Source of the DNA: Macrostomum lignano
Taxonomy: Eukaryota
Length of the DNA: 64,000 bases
Assembly: GCA_002269645.1 (NCBI GenBank)
Contig: NIVC01002778.1
Coordinates: 62,001-126,000, forward strand
Direction of reading: 5' to 3'
Positions within the stretch are counted from its first letter, which is position 1. Each line of letters starts with the position of its first letter. Position numbers and translations under genes: made by a program. Shown one piece after another: positions 25,765-37,412 of the stretch. The notes below the pieces were generated by a model that had not been told where the DNA came from, searched no databases, and saw nothing but the letters and a program-made list of their open reading frames with translations.

Positions 25765-28700
25765 TGTGCATCAGGCCTAGGTGTTTTAACTAGACTAGAA
25801 TTTACGTGGGTGTTCAATTACCTGATATGCATCGTGCGTTCAATTATGGGGTATCGTTCCTTTTGATTGCGAGATATCAAGCGAGACTATAACTAAAACA
25901 CAACAAATGGCGACGAGCGGACTCCCGTACCCAGCGGAGTTTCAACCAGTACCAGGAGAACCTCCTGTGCCATGGGCAAGGAGGATCAAGTCATATGAGA
26001 ACTTCCTTGTAGCTGGAGATCTCGAAGAGGCATCAGAGAGTCGGAAAAGGCGATCCTCCTGCATCTGCTCGGTGAGGAAGGACGCCGCCGAGCTGCAAAC
26101 GTCGATGCAAGCAAGTCGCTTCAGGAGACAAAAAAGCACCGAAGGCGATTTTCTGCTCGTCGAGGAGCAGCGAGCCCAGCACGACTGCAAGAGCATCTGT
26201 GACTACGTGATGGCCCTGAGAGAACTGGCAACAAACTGCAACTATGGCACCTTCCACGACGAGATGATTCGAGACCAACTCGTGGAGAAAACCTGCGTAC
26301 CTCGCATCAGGGAAAGACTTCTGATAGAGGAGGAAAATCTGACACTAGATGACGCCATCAAGAAGGCTGAGCGAATCGAAGCAGCCATCAGGGACGCCAA
26401 GCAGGTCAGTGGCCGAGAGCTCCACGTGATGGCGCTGAGCAAGAAGCATAAGCCAGTTGCTCGCCATGAGAAGACTGCGGCACCAGGTCCAAAGTGCACT
26501 CGATGCGGGGGCAACCGCGGACACAAAGGTGAATGCAAGGCGATGGGTCAGAAATGCAGACGATGCGGCAAGATGAACCATTTCGAGGCGTATGGTGGAT
26601 CCGCCATCAAGACCATCGGCAAGGTCGAGCTTCCGGCGACATTCAACGGCATCAAAACGGATGCAACCTTCTACGTCGCCGACAAGGGAGCCAACATCCT
26701 GGGTCGAGACCTGTTCCATGCCCTTGGATTTCAGATCTTCCAAGGCGACAACAAAGTATTTGGCATCAGCGAGGCGACAATTGAGCAGGATTTCCCTGGA
26801 ATCTTTGACGGTCTAGGTCGATCCAAGAGCTTCATTCACCGGACGAAGATCGACGCCTCAGTGCGGCCGGTGTCACAACCGATGCGAAAGATTCCGATTG
26901 GCCTGAAGGATAAAGTTGCGTCTGAGATTCGCCGGATGGAGCAGCAAGGCATCATCAAGAAAGTCGTAGCCTTCGAGTGGGTCAGAAACATCGTAGTGAC
27001 GCGCAAGAAGGAGTCCAACCAAGTTCGGCTATGCGCAGATCTGCGGCAGTTAACAAAGCGGTGATAACAGACCGCTACCCAGTGCCGACATCTCGGCGCG
27101 GATCAACGGCTCGAAGTGCTTCAGCAAGCTCGACCTCCGACAAGGCTATCAACAGATTCCGCTGCATCCCGACTCTCAAGGGCTGACGTGCTTCATCAGC
27201 GATTCCGGCCTGTACCAGTTCACCGTGGTACCATTTGGACTGTCCAGCTCGGGTGCCGCTTTCCAATGAGCCCGTCAGTCCGTGCTTCAAGAAGCCTCAG
27301 GCGCCATCAACATCGTGGACGACATCCTGGTGTACGGCAAGGACGAAGCGGAGCACGACAAGAACCTCAGTGAAGCCCTGTAGAGAATCCATCGCGAAGG
27401 CTTCACCCTCAATCGCGAGAAATGCAAGTTCAAACAGCCAAGCGTCGAGTTCTTCGGGCTGGTGATATCGGCTGATGGCATCAAGCCGACCAAGTCCAAT
27501 GTTGACGCCATTTTGAAATTCCTGAGGCGACTTCAGTTGCGCAAATTTAATCTTTCTTGGGCGCTGTGAACTTTTTGCACAAGTTCATACCGCACTACTT
27601 TACTATTTCCGAGCCCCTGAAGCAATTGCTAAAAAAGGGGGCGGACTGGCACTGGAGCGAGCGAGAACGTACAGCCTTTTGTACACTCAAGTCAGCCGTG
27701 ACAAGCAGCACAGTGTTGGCTACCCTTCGACTGCCAAGCTACCTGTAATGCAAGTTTAGACTGCCCGGGCGCGGTTCTCTGCCAAGTACAAAATGGACGT
27801 GAGGTGCCGATCGAGTTTGCATCTAGAGCTCTGAGTCCAGCGGAAAGCGATACTCAGCGGGCGAGCGAGAAGCATTGGCCTGCGTATGGAGCATCGAGCG
27901 CTGGCACTACTACCTCATGGCAGACGCGTGACACTGCGTACGGACCACAGTGTCTTTGACGACGCTGCTCGACTCCAAGGGCATGGGCCACCGGCTTCTA
28001 CGCATCCATTGATGGGTCGAAAGACTGCGCGGCTATGACATCCGGTTTGCACACATCCCCGGCGCGGAGAACCAGTGCGCAGACATGCTGTCCAGATGGG
28101 CCACAACCGAGCGAGTTCCAGCCGAGGAGACAGATGAGGAGGGCTACATCTACGCAATCGTCAACTCAAAGACAACGCTGACAGCCGATAAGCTAGCGAC
28201 TGCAACCAGGGACGATGAAGAACTACAGGGGGTTCTACGACACATCGCTGAAGGCTGGCCGACCGAGGTGATCAGTACTCTACGGCCGTACTACAACATT
28301 CGCGAAGAGCTCTTCTGCTGGAACAACGGTCAGTGCGTCGGCCGAGGCGAACGCGCGGTTATCCCAGAGTCTGCGACTTCAGGTCATCGAGGAGGTTTAC
28401 GAAGGTCATCCCGGCATACTCAGGACAAAGCAGCGCTGCCGCGACACGGTCTAGTTTCCTGGCATCGATCGGCACGTAGAGGACCACGTCAAGAACTGCG
28501 CGGCCTGCACACTCGCGGAGAAGACCGGCAAGCCGCAGAACCAGTCGAGTGGCCAGAGGGACCGTGGGACAAGGTCGAGATCGACATCTTCGGCGAAATC
28601 ACCGCGGCTCCTCGGCATCAGCGATACCTACTGGTAATCCACGACCTCTACAGCAAGTGGCCGGAGATTACTGCCATGGAGAAAGTGACCTCTGCCAACA

Positions 28701-29430
28701 TCATCAAGGCGCTGCGGAAACATCCTGGAGTATTCGGTCGATGGGGCGTGCCAAAAATGCTGATCAGCGACAATGGACCCCAGTTCGTCAGTGAGGACTT
28801 CGAGGACTTCCAGCGAGCGGAAGGAATCCAGCACATCCAGGGCAACGGCGGAGTCGAGCGGTTCAACCGAAGTCTGAAGGAGGGCCTTGCGGCGAACCTG
28901 AGGGCGGGAGTGAAGTTCGAGGAAGCCATCGACTTGGTGCTCAAGACCTACAGGACCAGCCAGCACGCTCTCACCGGACTGGCGCCAGATGAGCTCATGA
29001 TCGGGCGCAAGCTGCGTTCCGGGCTGCAGCTGCTCAGACCAACTCCGGTGCAACAGCGGGACAACAGCAACCTGCGAGACGCTATCACTGAGAGGCAAGC
29101 CAAGAAAGCTGACTACACCAACAAGCGAAGGCGAGCTCAGGACTCTACGCTCCAGGCCGGAGACTGGGTCTGGTGACAGACGCGGCACCGAGCGCACAAG
29201 CTGGCGACCCGACTGAAGGAACCTCTGAAGATCACCCCTCAAGCAGGGCGGAACACGTTCGTGCTTTCATGGACACCAAGTGGCAAGCGAGTCCGCTGGT
29301 GAAGTGCAACAACTCACCGGCTGACAACGGCGCGGCCGACCAATTAAGAGGACGATTTGCTCGATATACCGCTGCCGCCGGCTCCGCCCCCGCTGATGGG
29401 CGAGCCGCCACGTCCACCTGAACTTCGAAG
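25765..29430 (+). mobile_element. Decayed Gypsy (Mag-like) LTR retrotransposon: 5' LTR remnant, PBS, gag, RT/RNase H and integrase; 3' LTR not found
   Basis: ...ACACAACA-AA-TGGCGACGAG at about 25907 is a PBS complementary to the 3' end of tRNA-Ser(GCT). Gag double knuckle CTRCGG...CRRCGKMNHF. Integrase GPWDKVEIDIFG...ISDNGPQF...GGVERFNRSLK. Confidence 0.85.
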
Positions 29431-29891
29431 CTTCGAAGCATCCTGAAAAAACAAAGATACTCTGTCCACGGGAGTTCGGCTTCCAGGATTATGGCAATCT
29501 AAGCTGCCGTCCTTGAAAAGAGCAGGGAAACTTTGGCCAAGTTTGTTTGGGATCTTGCGCAACAAAAATAATTTACAAAATTTGTCAAAAAGTCCGCTGT
29601 GACTCCAGGAATGTGGTGTATGCCATTCTCTGCAAGACTTGCAATGACCGCTGTATCTACGTAGGTGAGACTGGAGGCGCTCTTAAGGTCAGACTTCAAG
29701 CTCACCTGAGCGACATCAGACTGGCTAAGGACACCTCAATCTCCGGACACTTTCGGTCACCAAACCATAATATTCAGGATCTCCGCTTTATGGGAGGAAT
29801 ATGGAGCAGAAGCTCTTCGCTTTACTACAGACTTGACTCCGGCAGGCTTAAACACCGTCATCACTGAGAAAGACGCCTGCATCCCAATAGT

Positions 29892-30183
29892 TGTAGGGGT
29901 TGTAGCCTCGTGATTAGAGCATCGGACTCACGACTGGAAGGTCGGGGGTTCGATTCTCGACCCACTTAGAACAATTCGTGTCCTTGAGCAAGACACTTGC
30001 ACTGCTTCATTACCCCAGCATTAGCTGGGGTAATTGAGGGTCTGTGTAGCGACCACCCCAGTCATTGGACTGAACAGCCGTACCCAGCCTTCAGATGCGC
30101 CGCGCAATAGCTGCGGTTGAGCTGTCGGTTGCACATTTGGTCATTGGGGCAGGTGTAATCAGTTATTATTTATTATTATTATT
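29892..30183 (+). mobile_element. tRNA-derived SINE with CORE-like motif, (TTA)n tail and 11 bp TSD
   Basis: A box TAGCCTCGTGATTAGAGC, B box GGTTCGATTC, motif GTGTCCTTGAGCAAGACACTT, and a TTA tail. ATCCCAATAGT occurs at 29881-29891 and 30184-30194. Confidence 0.85.
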
Positions 30184-30502
30184 ATCCCAATAGTGATCCC
30201 TTTCACGGACCACTCTGGGCGAGTTGTTCATCAAATTTGCACGGCCATTCCGAACCACGCTGCAGAGTTGGATACGGTGGCTGCCTATACTCGCTCACGC
30301 TCATTAAAGGACATTCTATGTAAATCCAACCTGCCGCCGTAACTAATGGTCGGTCCCAAAAATTAAACCTTTTTTCAGATGAGCACTAGATGTGCCCGCC
30401 CAACCATATTGAGCATTTTATTTTACACCTTTCTTTCCATACTCACTATGAATACTCAACTCTTTTCACCCCCTTCGCCCCCTTTTCACTGATTCACTTT
30501 TC

Positions 30503-30700
<198 letters not shown>

Positions 30701-31886
30701 CTATTGCTACATCGATTCCCATGCGCAGGCATACCAGTACACCGAGAACAAGCGCACTTTTACATTGAAGACAAACAGCGCAGCCCAGTTAATTGGCGCT
30801 GCGCTGCCCTACGCTAAAGCTGCAGCAAAAGCCGCAGAAAAAGCTGTCGAGAACGCGAAAACGGACCACAGTGCGACGGCAGATGGTCTGAAGGCTGCGA
30901 CCAAATCGATCCAGGACGGACTGGGGTCAGCGAAAATGGCTGCTGAGGCAGCGGAGCAGGCGGCAAATGCAGCTCAACAAATGGCCGCGGCTTCTGGACA
31001 GGGCGGAGCGAGCAGGCTCGAGGCCAAAGCTAAACTTGTACAACTCACCGAATCAGCGGCAAAAGACTTGGTTCGCGCGCTCGAAGGCACGGGTGCGGTG
31101 GCGAAGACGGCCTCAGGTACCATCGAGACACCCGAGCGATTGGCCCTGGCCCACACGGCCTCAAAATTGGTGCTCAGCTGTGCCAGAGCAGCAGCAGGGA
31201 TCGCCGCAGAGTCCAAGCGGCTTTCTGAGACGCTGGCCAGTCCCCAGGCGGATCAGTTCGTTCCCGGAGTGAATAAGATAAACCGAATCAATGATGCTCT
31301 CGGTGTAAGTTACAGTTACAGTTTTTTATGTGCATGGCTTTTGCAATCGCTTTGCTTGCATTTATAGGCTGAGCTGCGATCCCAATGGGAGTCAATAATC
31401 CAGACAGTTGAGGGAGCTGCAGCTGCGGCAGAACAGACCGCCACGAGTGTCCAAGCCACTCGTTTGGAGAACACGGTTGAGACGGCAAGAAGAGCGGAAG
31501 CCGAGGCTCGAACGGCAGCGGACGTGACAAATCTGTTCTCAGTGGCGGCTGAGCACGGATTGCTGAAATTCAAGGCCGAGGCCATAAAAGCAGCGGCGGC
31601 CGCGGCGAAGGAACTGGTGACGGCTTCTGTTGAAACGGTGAAACTGGCAACCGAGGCATCCATTGCGGCTGGAGAAAACGACGCAAACGCGTGCAAATCA
31701 GCGGTCTCTGTGGCGAGTAGGTGTGCCTGTAGGTGTGCCTGGCATTCGGCAGAAGCGGCTCAGTCAGCTGCCAGCAATGACCCGGACGAAACCATCGCTG
31801 TTGGGGCTGCAGATGAAGCAAAGACGGCCGTTGACGAAATCAGGAAGCTGGTGAGTCCCATTGCGCTATTTACTGTCCCGACCTAA
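30701..31886 (+). CDS. Ala-rich protein, copy 3; exons about 30701-31304 and 31368-31886
   Basis: 63 nt phase-0 intron at 31305-31367. ORFs 30390..31367 and 31464..31886 join in frame (..DALG|AELRSQWES..). Confidence 0.65.
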
Positions 31887-32330
31887 TTCCTCGATAATTC
31901 TGTGAGACCTGTTAAAAGAGAGAAACCTCTGTTAAAACAGAGTAAGTAGATGAAGTTAAACGTTTCTGTATTCATAGTAGTTTAGTTTTTATACTAAAAA
32001 CTTTTTGCGAAAAATGCTGTGAGGGGCAGTGAGACACAAACTAATGACAAATCGTGGCAGTCTTTTGGTTACTGCAAATGTTAAATGGTTTTTAGTAAAG
32101 CATTCTAGAGAAAAAATTTCTTAGCGTGGAACGCTACATAACCTGCACCCTTTGGCTGTTGAAATGAAGGAACAGTTTTTTGTTTGTATGAGAGAAGGAT
32201 AGCTGAGATTTGAGTAAATTTAGCGACCGATCCTGAGCTTAGCGGTCAGCAAATCCAAGCGTACGTCATCATTACAACAAATCATTTCGTTCTCACGTCT
32301 CCCTCATGACGGCATCAGGCGGAATCTCAG

Positions 32331-34058
32331 CAGAATGGAAGCAGCCCGGTGCGTCTGACGCTTGACTCTCGCTGCAAACTGGTTGGCTTTGTTGTTTTCT
32401 TCGTCATCGTGATGCTGGCGTTCGTGGTGGAGGTGCGGGCCTACGATGAGGACCAGAAATATGAGAACGAGCATCAGACTGGAAAGCGGAATCGAAAAAT
32501 CTGTGTGGAATGCTACGTGTTCAGATTGCTTTTCGTTGCTCTGGCTATGATTTCAATCGTCTATCTTGAGTGCAGGGTGCTCAAGTCTGGCCGAGCACGG
32601 CTGGCCTATGTTGGAGCAGTCAGAATTTCGAATGTTCCCGCTAGTATTGCCGCTCCTGTGGAGCTGTGCAACCTGCCATCAGTTCTGTTTGCTTCTGCTT
32701 TTCAATTATTTGCGTTTCTAAAATTATTTTTAAATTTGCTGGGAATCGTCTGCGGTGCAATGGAATTCGGATTCGTGGATTCGTCAGAACTGGACTACAC
32801 TCCACACGGCATTGTCATGCTCATTAGACACGCGTTGTTATTCGTCTTTACTGTGCTGCAAACGCGCTTCTTTATAAAGTACTGCAAAGCGTCAATTCAG
32901 CTCAAGCTTGGCAGGTCCTGGCTGCCTCTCTCCATTGTGATGGCAGCGAATATTGGCGTGTGGTTCACCACAGTGGGCATTGAGCTGCAGGATATCGGCA
33001 GACCGCATAAAGAAATCGCTAATGGCACCTATTGCTATGATAAAAAGATAAACAAAATCAAGGAGTTCTTGTACCCCTTCGAAATAGAATACTGCGTCAT
33101 GTCATCTCTAATGGCCTACATGCTGATGTCCAACATGGGCAGGCTAGCAGAATTCCTGCACCGTCAGGTCCGCTCGGGGCCCGTTAAGTCACAGGAAATC
33201 GTTCGCAGAGTCAAGCGCATCATGCTGCGGAGTGGAGGCGCGCAAGGCGGCAGTCACGAAGATCAGGCGCAGTCCGAATTCGCTTCGATCAGAAAGCACT
33301 CATGGATGATTTCGATTGGCGCCGTGGCTGTGGTAGCTTCGCTAACTGTCGTTGCATTCGTCCACTTCGACGACGAAAATAATCCGGTCCTCATAATTGT
33401 GCTCTTCTCGCTGCAAATGGGTTCACATGCACTTTCGATTCCGGTTCTCGCCGTGCTGCTTTTCTGCTATTTTCGAGTTGATAAGAACCGGCGCATCGGC
33501 TCCGACAATCTGGTCGACCGGCTGCTGCTGTGGCTTGGCGTCATCGCTATTGTAGGCAACAACGCTTACAATTTTTTGAAAAATTTTAGTCTTACGATTG
33601 AGCTCTTGGAAAACTTTTTCGGCGCCGTTCAGTCAGTTTTGCAAGCGGTGTTCCTGGAACTGATGCTCGTTGGCGCGTTCACGCTGGACAACAAACTGCA
33701 CGAGGCGTTGAAAAGGTTTTTAGGCCGATGCTTTCCAAGGAATTTTGTCAGTTACATGCTGAGCTTTCTGATTCTGCTCAACATTTGTGAGTGGGTCCTA
33801 AGCGCCCTCTGCTTTCCGTTCTTTTTCCAAAGAGAAGAAGACAAAAAGGAAGGTTTGTTCTTATTGCTCATGCCGCTGAAGGTTTTCTACAGGTTTCACT
33901 CGGTCATGAGCATTCAGGATTTTAAGAAGCACCATCTGAGAGTGGAGACTGCACGGAACTGTACAGCCGGACGTGAGTCTGACGATGAATCGGGAGCTGA
34001 CGCCGTGCTGATCCATTTCACTGATATTGAGAATGGCGAACTTGAAGCCAATGGGTGA
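32331..34058 (+). CDS. OTOP: Otopetrin paralog B, uninterrupted main exon with 12 predicted TM helices; no in-frame ATG at its 5' end and first exon missing
   Basis: 569 aa ORF with FLYPFEIEY, NICEW and PLKVFYRFHS and about 12 hydrophobic segments. In-frame acceptor TCTCAG|CAG at 32330/32331. Confidence 0.85.
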   Translation, partial: QNGSSPVRLTLDSRCKLVGFVVFFVIVMLAFVVEVRAYDEDQKYENEHQTGKRNRKICVECYVFRLLFVALAMISIVYLECRVLKSGRARLAYVGAVRISNVPASIAAPVELCNLPSVLFASAFQLFAFLKLFLNLLGIVCGAMEFGFVDSSELDYTPHGIVMLIRHALLFVFTVLQTRFFIKYCKASIQLKLGRSWLPLSIVMAANIGVWFTTVGIELQDIGRPHKEIANGTYCYDKKINKIKEFLYPFEIEYCVMSSLMAYMLMSNMGRLAEFLHRQVRSGPVKSQEIVRRVKRIMLRSGGAQGGSHEDQAQSEFASIRKHSWMISIGAVAVVASLTVVAFVHFDDENNPVLIIVLFSLQMGSHALSIPVLAVLLFCYFRVDKNRRIGSDNLVDRLLLWLGVIAIVGNNAYNFLKNFSLTIELLENFFGAVQSVLQAVFLELMLVGAFTLDNKLHEALKRFLGRCFPRNFVSYMLSFLILLNICEWVLSALCFPFFFQREEDKKEGLFLLLMPLKVFYRFHSVMSIQDFKKHHLRVETARNCTAGRESDDESGADAVLIHFTDIENGELEANG

Positions 34059-35267
34059 ATTAATTTTTAGACTGATTTTTAGACTATTGCCTGTCCTTTT
34101 GTCTTTGCTTGCATGCTGGTAGGTTTCACGTCGCTGACCCTGCATATCCGCTTGTGCAAAGCAAAAGCAGCAGCCTAGGGGTCGGGCAAGGAGTTGGAAC
34201 AAAGGGTTCGGGCAGAAGCATTGAGTCATCTCATCCAGGTGCTTTCCTTGGGCTCCCAGGGGATAAAATGATGATGAACTTGAGATTTCGGAGCTGAACT
34301 TCGAGCTTTATTCTGGTGCTGAAGCTGAGATAAATGAAGTACGTTTAATAAAGTACATGGTCACTACTTTACTCGAGTAGTTAAAGTAAAAAGATTGTGA
34401 TGGAAGGAACCGAGTTGGGATCTGAGCACCAAAGCTCCGGTACCTTTCTTTAGTTTGCTATTGGAAACTTACCTTGCACTAAACAGATTCACATGCACCG
34501 CAAGCTGGGTTTTCACGAATCATTGTCTTTTTTACGATTGTTTTTTTCATTTAATCCATATGTTTTTTGATCGTTATCTCTGATTAATTCAGTTAATATA
34601 TATTAATCAAGCTTATATTTATATATTCTGCAAGTAGCTCCTATAGTTAGATTTTAAAAACTTGTTTTTCTGCATTGCACCAAGGACGAATTGAATATGA
34701 CGAGCAACTTGAATATGATAGTTTTCACTCTTTCGATACAAACAAAGCAACAAATGTTTTTTGGAAGCGGATCGCAGCTTGTCTTTTTACGAGTAATTAC
34801 TTGCCTGCTTAATTGAATTTCGTAAAGCTTCATTCGGTTCCTTCTCGTTCCGGTATGAATCCATAATGCCCCCATTTATTATTGTACACCAAAGCGCCTG
34901 TTTAGAAGTTTTCTTAGAAGTTTCTAATACTTTTTAAGGAAATAACAAATCATACAGTTGTGTCGAGCATGTACACAGTTTCTTGTGCGTTCATTTATTT
35001 CAGAATTTTCTGATTGATATATATTTATAAACATTCATGCGTGATCCTACTACACACACTAATAAATGTTCCGCACGGTTCAACAGCAGCAGGTCACCTG
35101 CCGCTGAGGACAGCTTCCGTTTCATTTCTTTCTTGGAAAAAATAATCAGCTTAAGGCGCAAAAAATACATTTAAGTAATTACATACAGTAAAATTAGTTA
35201 GAACAGACATGCTCATCTACAGAGGCAGCGGAACAGCGGAAAATGGGAGCAGAGAGGGAAGAAGGGC

Positions 35268-35720
35268 CAGAGGGGGCAGAGGGGCAGAGGGGGCAGAGGG
35301 GACAGAGGGGGCAGAGGGGGCAGAGGGGGCAGAGGGGGCAGAGGGGACAGAGGGGACAGAGGGGGCAGAGGGGCAGAGGGGGCAGAGGGGGCCAGAGGGG
35401 GCAGAGGGGCAGAGGGGGCAGAGAGGACAGATGGGGCAGAGGGGCAGAGGGGGCAGAGGGGGCCAGAGGGGGCAGAGGGGGCAGAGGGGGCAGAGAGGAC
35501 AGATGGGGCAGAGGGGGCAGAGGGGCAGAGGGGGCAGAGGGGACAGAGGGGGCAGAGGGGCAGAGGGGGCAGAGGGGGCAGAGGGGACAGAGGGGGCAGA
35601 GGCGGCAGAGGGGGCAGAGGGGGCAGAGGGGCAGATGGGGCAGAGGGGGCAGAGGGGGCAGAGGGGCAGAGGGGAAGAGAAGGAAAAGGGTGAAGAGGAG
35701 GCAGAGGGGCAGAGGGGGCA
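35268..35720. repeat. G-rich 9-10 bp tandem repeat (GGGGGCAGAG)
   Basis: Directly visible. Confidence 0.95.
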
Positions 35721-36033
35721 AAAGGGGCATCCCAAAGCTAGGAGGGCGCAGCTGCCTCATTTCTTGACCAAAATGGCTCAGCCGCAATCAAGGAATTCCG
35801 AATCCATCAGGGGAAGTCAAGGCGGTCATTGACCCTTAGTCAAGAAAAATATGCCTCGCGGGGGCACCGGCATAATATTTTCAGCTCATAACAGACATAA
35901 ACTAATATTACATTTTGCAAGATAAAAGAGACTGCGTTGATGCAAGCATTGATGAAGCAAAACTAAGAAGACCGTTGCAGGAGTCTGCATTCTCAAACCC
36001 ATTTTTTAAGTAATAAAATAATGGAATTAGCGA

Positions 36034-36220
36034 GGGGGCCATAGCCCAGCGGTAGCGCAGCTGCTCTGGTGTGCCAGCGACCAAGGCTCGATTCCAAGTG
36101 CAGTCACATTAATTTGGGGCTGAATTGGACTTTCGGCTTGGCTCTGCTCGTGCAATTAACGGCCTTGAGAGCCAACCCCCCAAGGCGCAGTGAAGTGTAC
36201 ATGCCTAACGATAATATAAA
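36034..36220 (+). mobile_element. tRNA-headed SINE-like sequence
   Basis: GGGGCCATAGCCCAGCGGTAGCGC (A-box-like) and GGCTCGATTCC (B-box-like). It does not form a complete cloverleaf. Confidence 0.45.
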
Positions 36221-36740
36221 GTTAGGGCCGCTGTACACTCCTGTGTGAGTGTGTGCCTGCGTACGTATCCGCGCGCTTGTATGCCTGCTCAGGGGAGTCG
36301 GCGGAATGGGCAGTAATGCCTCTCGCCGGTTGTGTGCCTATGTCGCTTAAAGTGCGCCAGGGTGCACACAACCCCCCTGCCTCTAATCTAAAAAAAATGG
36401 AGTTAGCAATATTCAGGTTCTCGTGAAGCTTAAGAATCGTGATGCTTCTTGTAAATGTACGAGTAGAAACTCGTCTCTCGGTAAACTCGACCAAAGCTGC
36501 CATTCGATTTTCAGCCCGCCAAATCGCGCAGTAAAAGTCAAAGAGCCGTTCGAATTCGGCAGCATTGGATTGTAAATATAGATCTGCTGTTTGCGATTGG
36601 TCAGTCAGAGCTTTAGAGCTGCCTTGCAGAGAGGCGCTGAGCTCGGATGACCTGCCGCTGCTATGCAGGACTGGCGCTGCTCGGCTCCCACATTAGCGTC
36701 CTTGGAGTGTCCATGACAGTAGCGCCCTGCAGATAGCTAT

Positions 36741-36975
36741 TGGCTAGTAGAGCAGAGTCAGTCCTGTGTGTCCTGGTGCCCAGCTCGCCATTGGCTAGTA
36801 GAGCAGGGCCAGTCCTGTGTGTCCTGGTGCCCAGCTCGCCATTGGCTAGTAGAGCAGGGCCAGTCCTGTGTGTCCTGGTGCCCAGCTCGCCATTGGCTGG
36901 TAGAGCAGGGCCAGTCCTGTGTGTCCTGGTGCCCAGCTCGCCATTGGCTAGTACAGCAGAGTCAGTCCTGTCTGT
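36741..36975. repeat. 51 bp tandem repeat, about 4.5 copies
   Basis: GGCTAGTAGAGCAGGGCCAGTCCTGTGTGTCCTGGTGCCCAGCTCGCCATT repeated. Confidence 0.9.
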
Positions 36976-37412
36976 CCTGGTGCCGACAAGCTGTGAGTTG
37001 CCACGCTTCAAGCAGGACACGAGTTCAGAGCATCTGGGGCAGAAGCTGCAGCAGCAGGTGCCGGCAATCGCAGCTTAAGCGAGCAGGACGCAGAGCAGTG
37101 GCATCAACCAGTAGATGGTTGATGTCTTTGAAAAAGCGAAAAAGCGCAAATGAAAATGAAAAAATGAAAAAGCGGTCTGTCAGATTCGCGCATTCTGGGT
37201 GCGCCAGAGAAAGAAATTCAAGAATGCGACAGAGTGGACACTGGGACCTGGACAGGCCAAGCAAAGCCCCGACGACTTAGCTTGACTTAGCTGCAGGGCG
37301 ATCCGAAGACGCAGCGGGGAGGCGAGCGTTGCCCATTCCGCTAATCCCTGAAGAGCCCGCATAGGCTAGGGCGCGGGGCCGGTCAGGGAGGTCTGCCGGT
37401 TCTGTCTGCAGC

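Larger units (their letters stand above)
24600..30345 (+). mobile_element. Degenerate Penelope-like element (RT plus GIY-YIG endonuclease), interrupted by Gypsy and SINE insertions
   Basis: PLE RT-type motif IVIKPADEGSNMVVMNRTDY (ORF 24893). GIY-YIG domain NVVYAILCKTC...IYVGETGGALKVRLQAH (ORF 29547). Many stops and frameshifts. Confidence 0.8.

Noticed and set aside
29892-29965. Functional tRNA genes here and at about 3700, 7680, 22630 and 36040
   Set aside because: A/B boxes are present but acceptor-stem pairing is incomplete, and each lies within a SINE or other element.
35194-35832. Collagen-like GQRGQR / GAE ORFs
   Set aside because: These come from a 9-10 bp G-rich repeat with frequent frame changes. 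There is no sustained Gly-X-Y register, signal peptide or collagen terminal domain.
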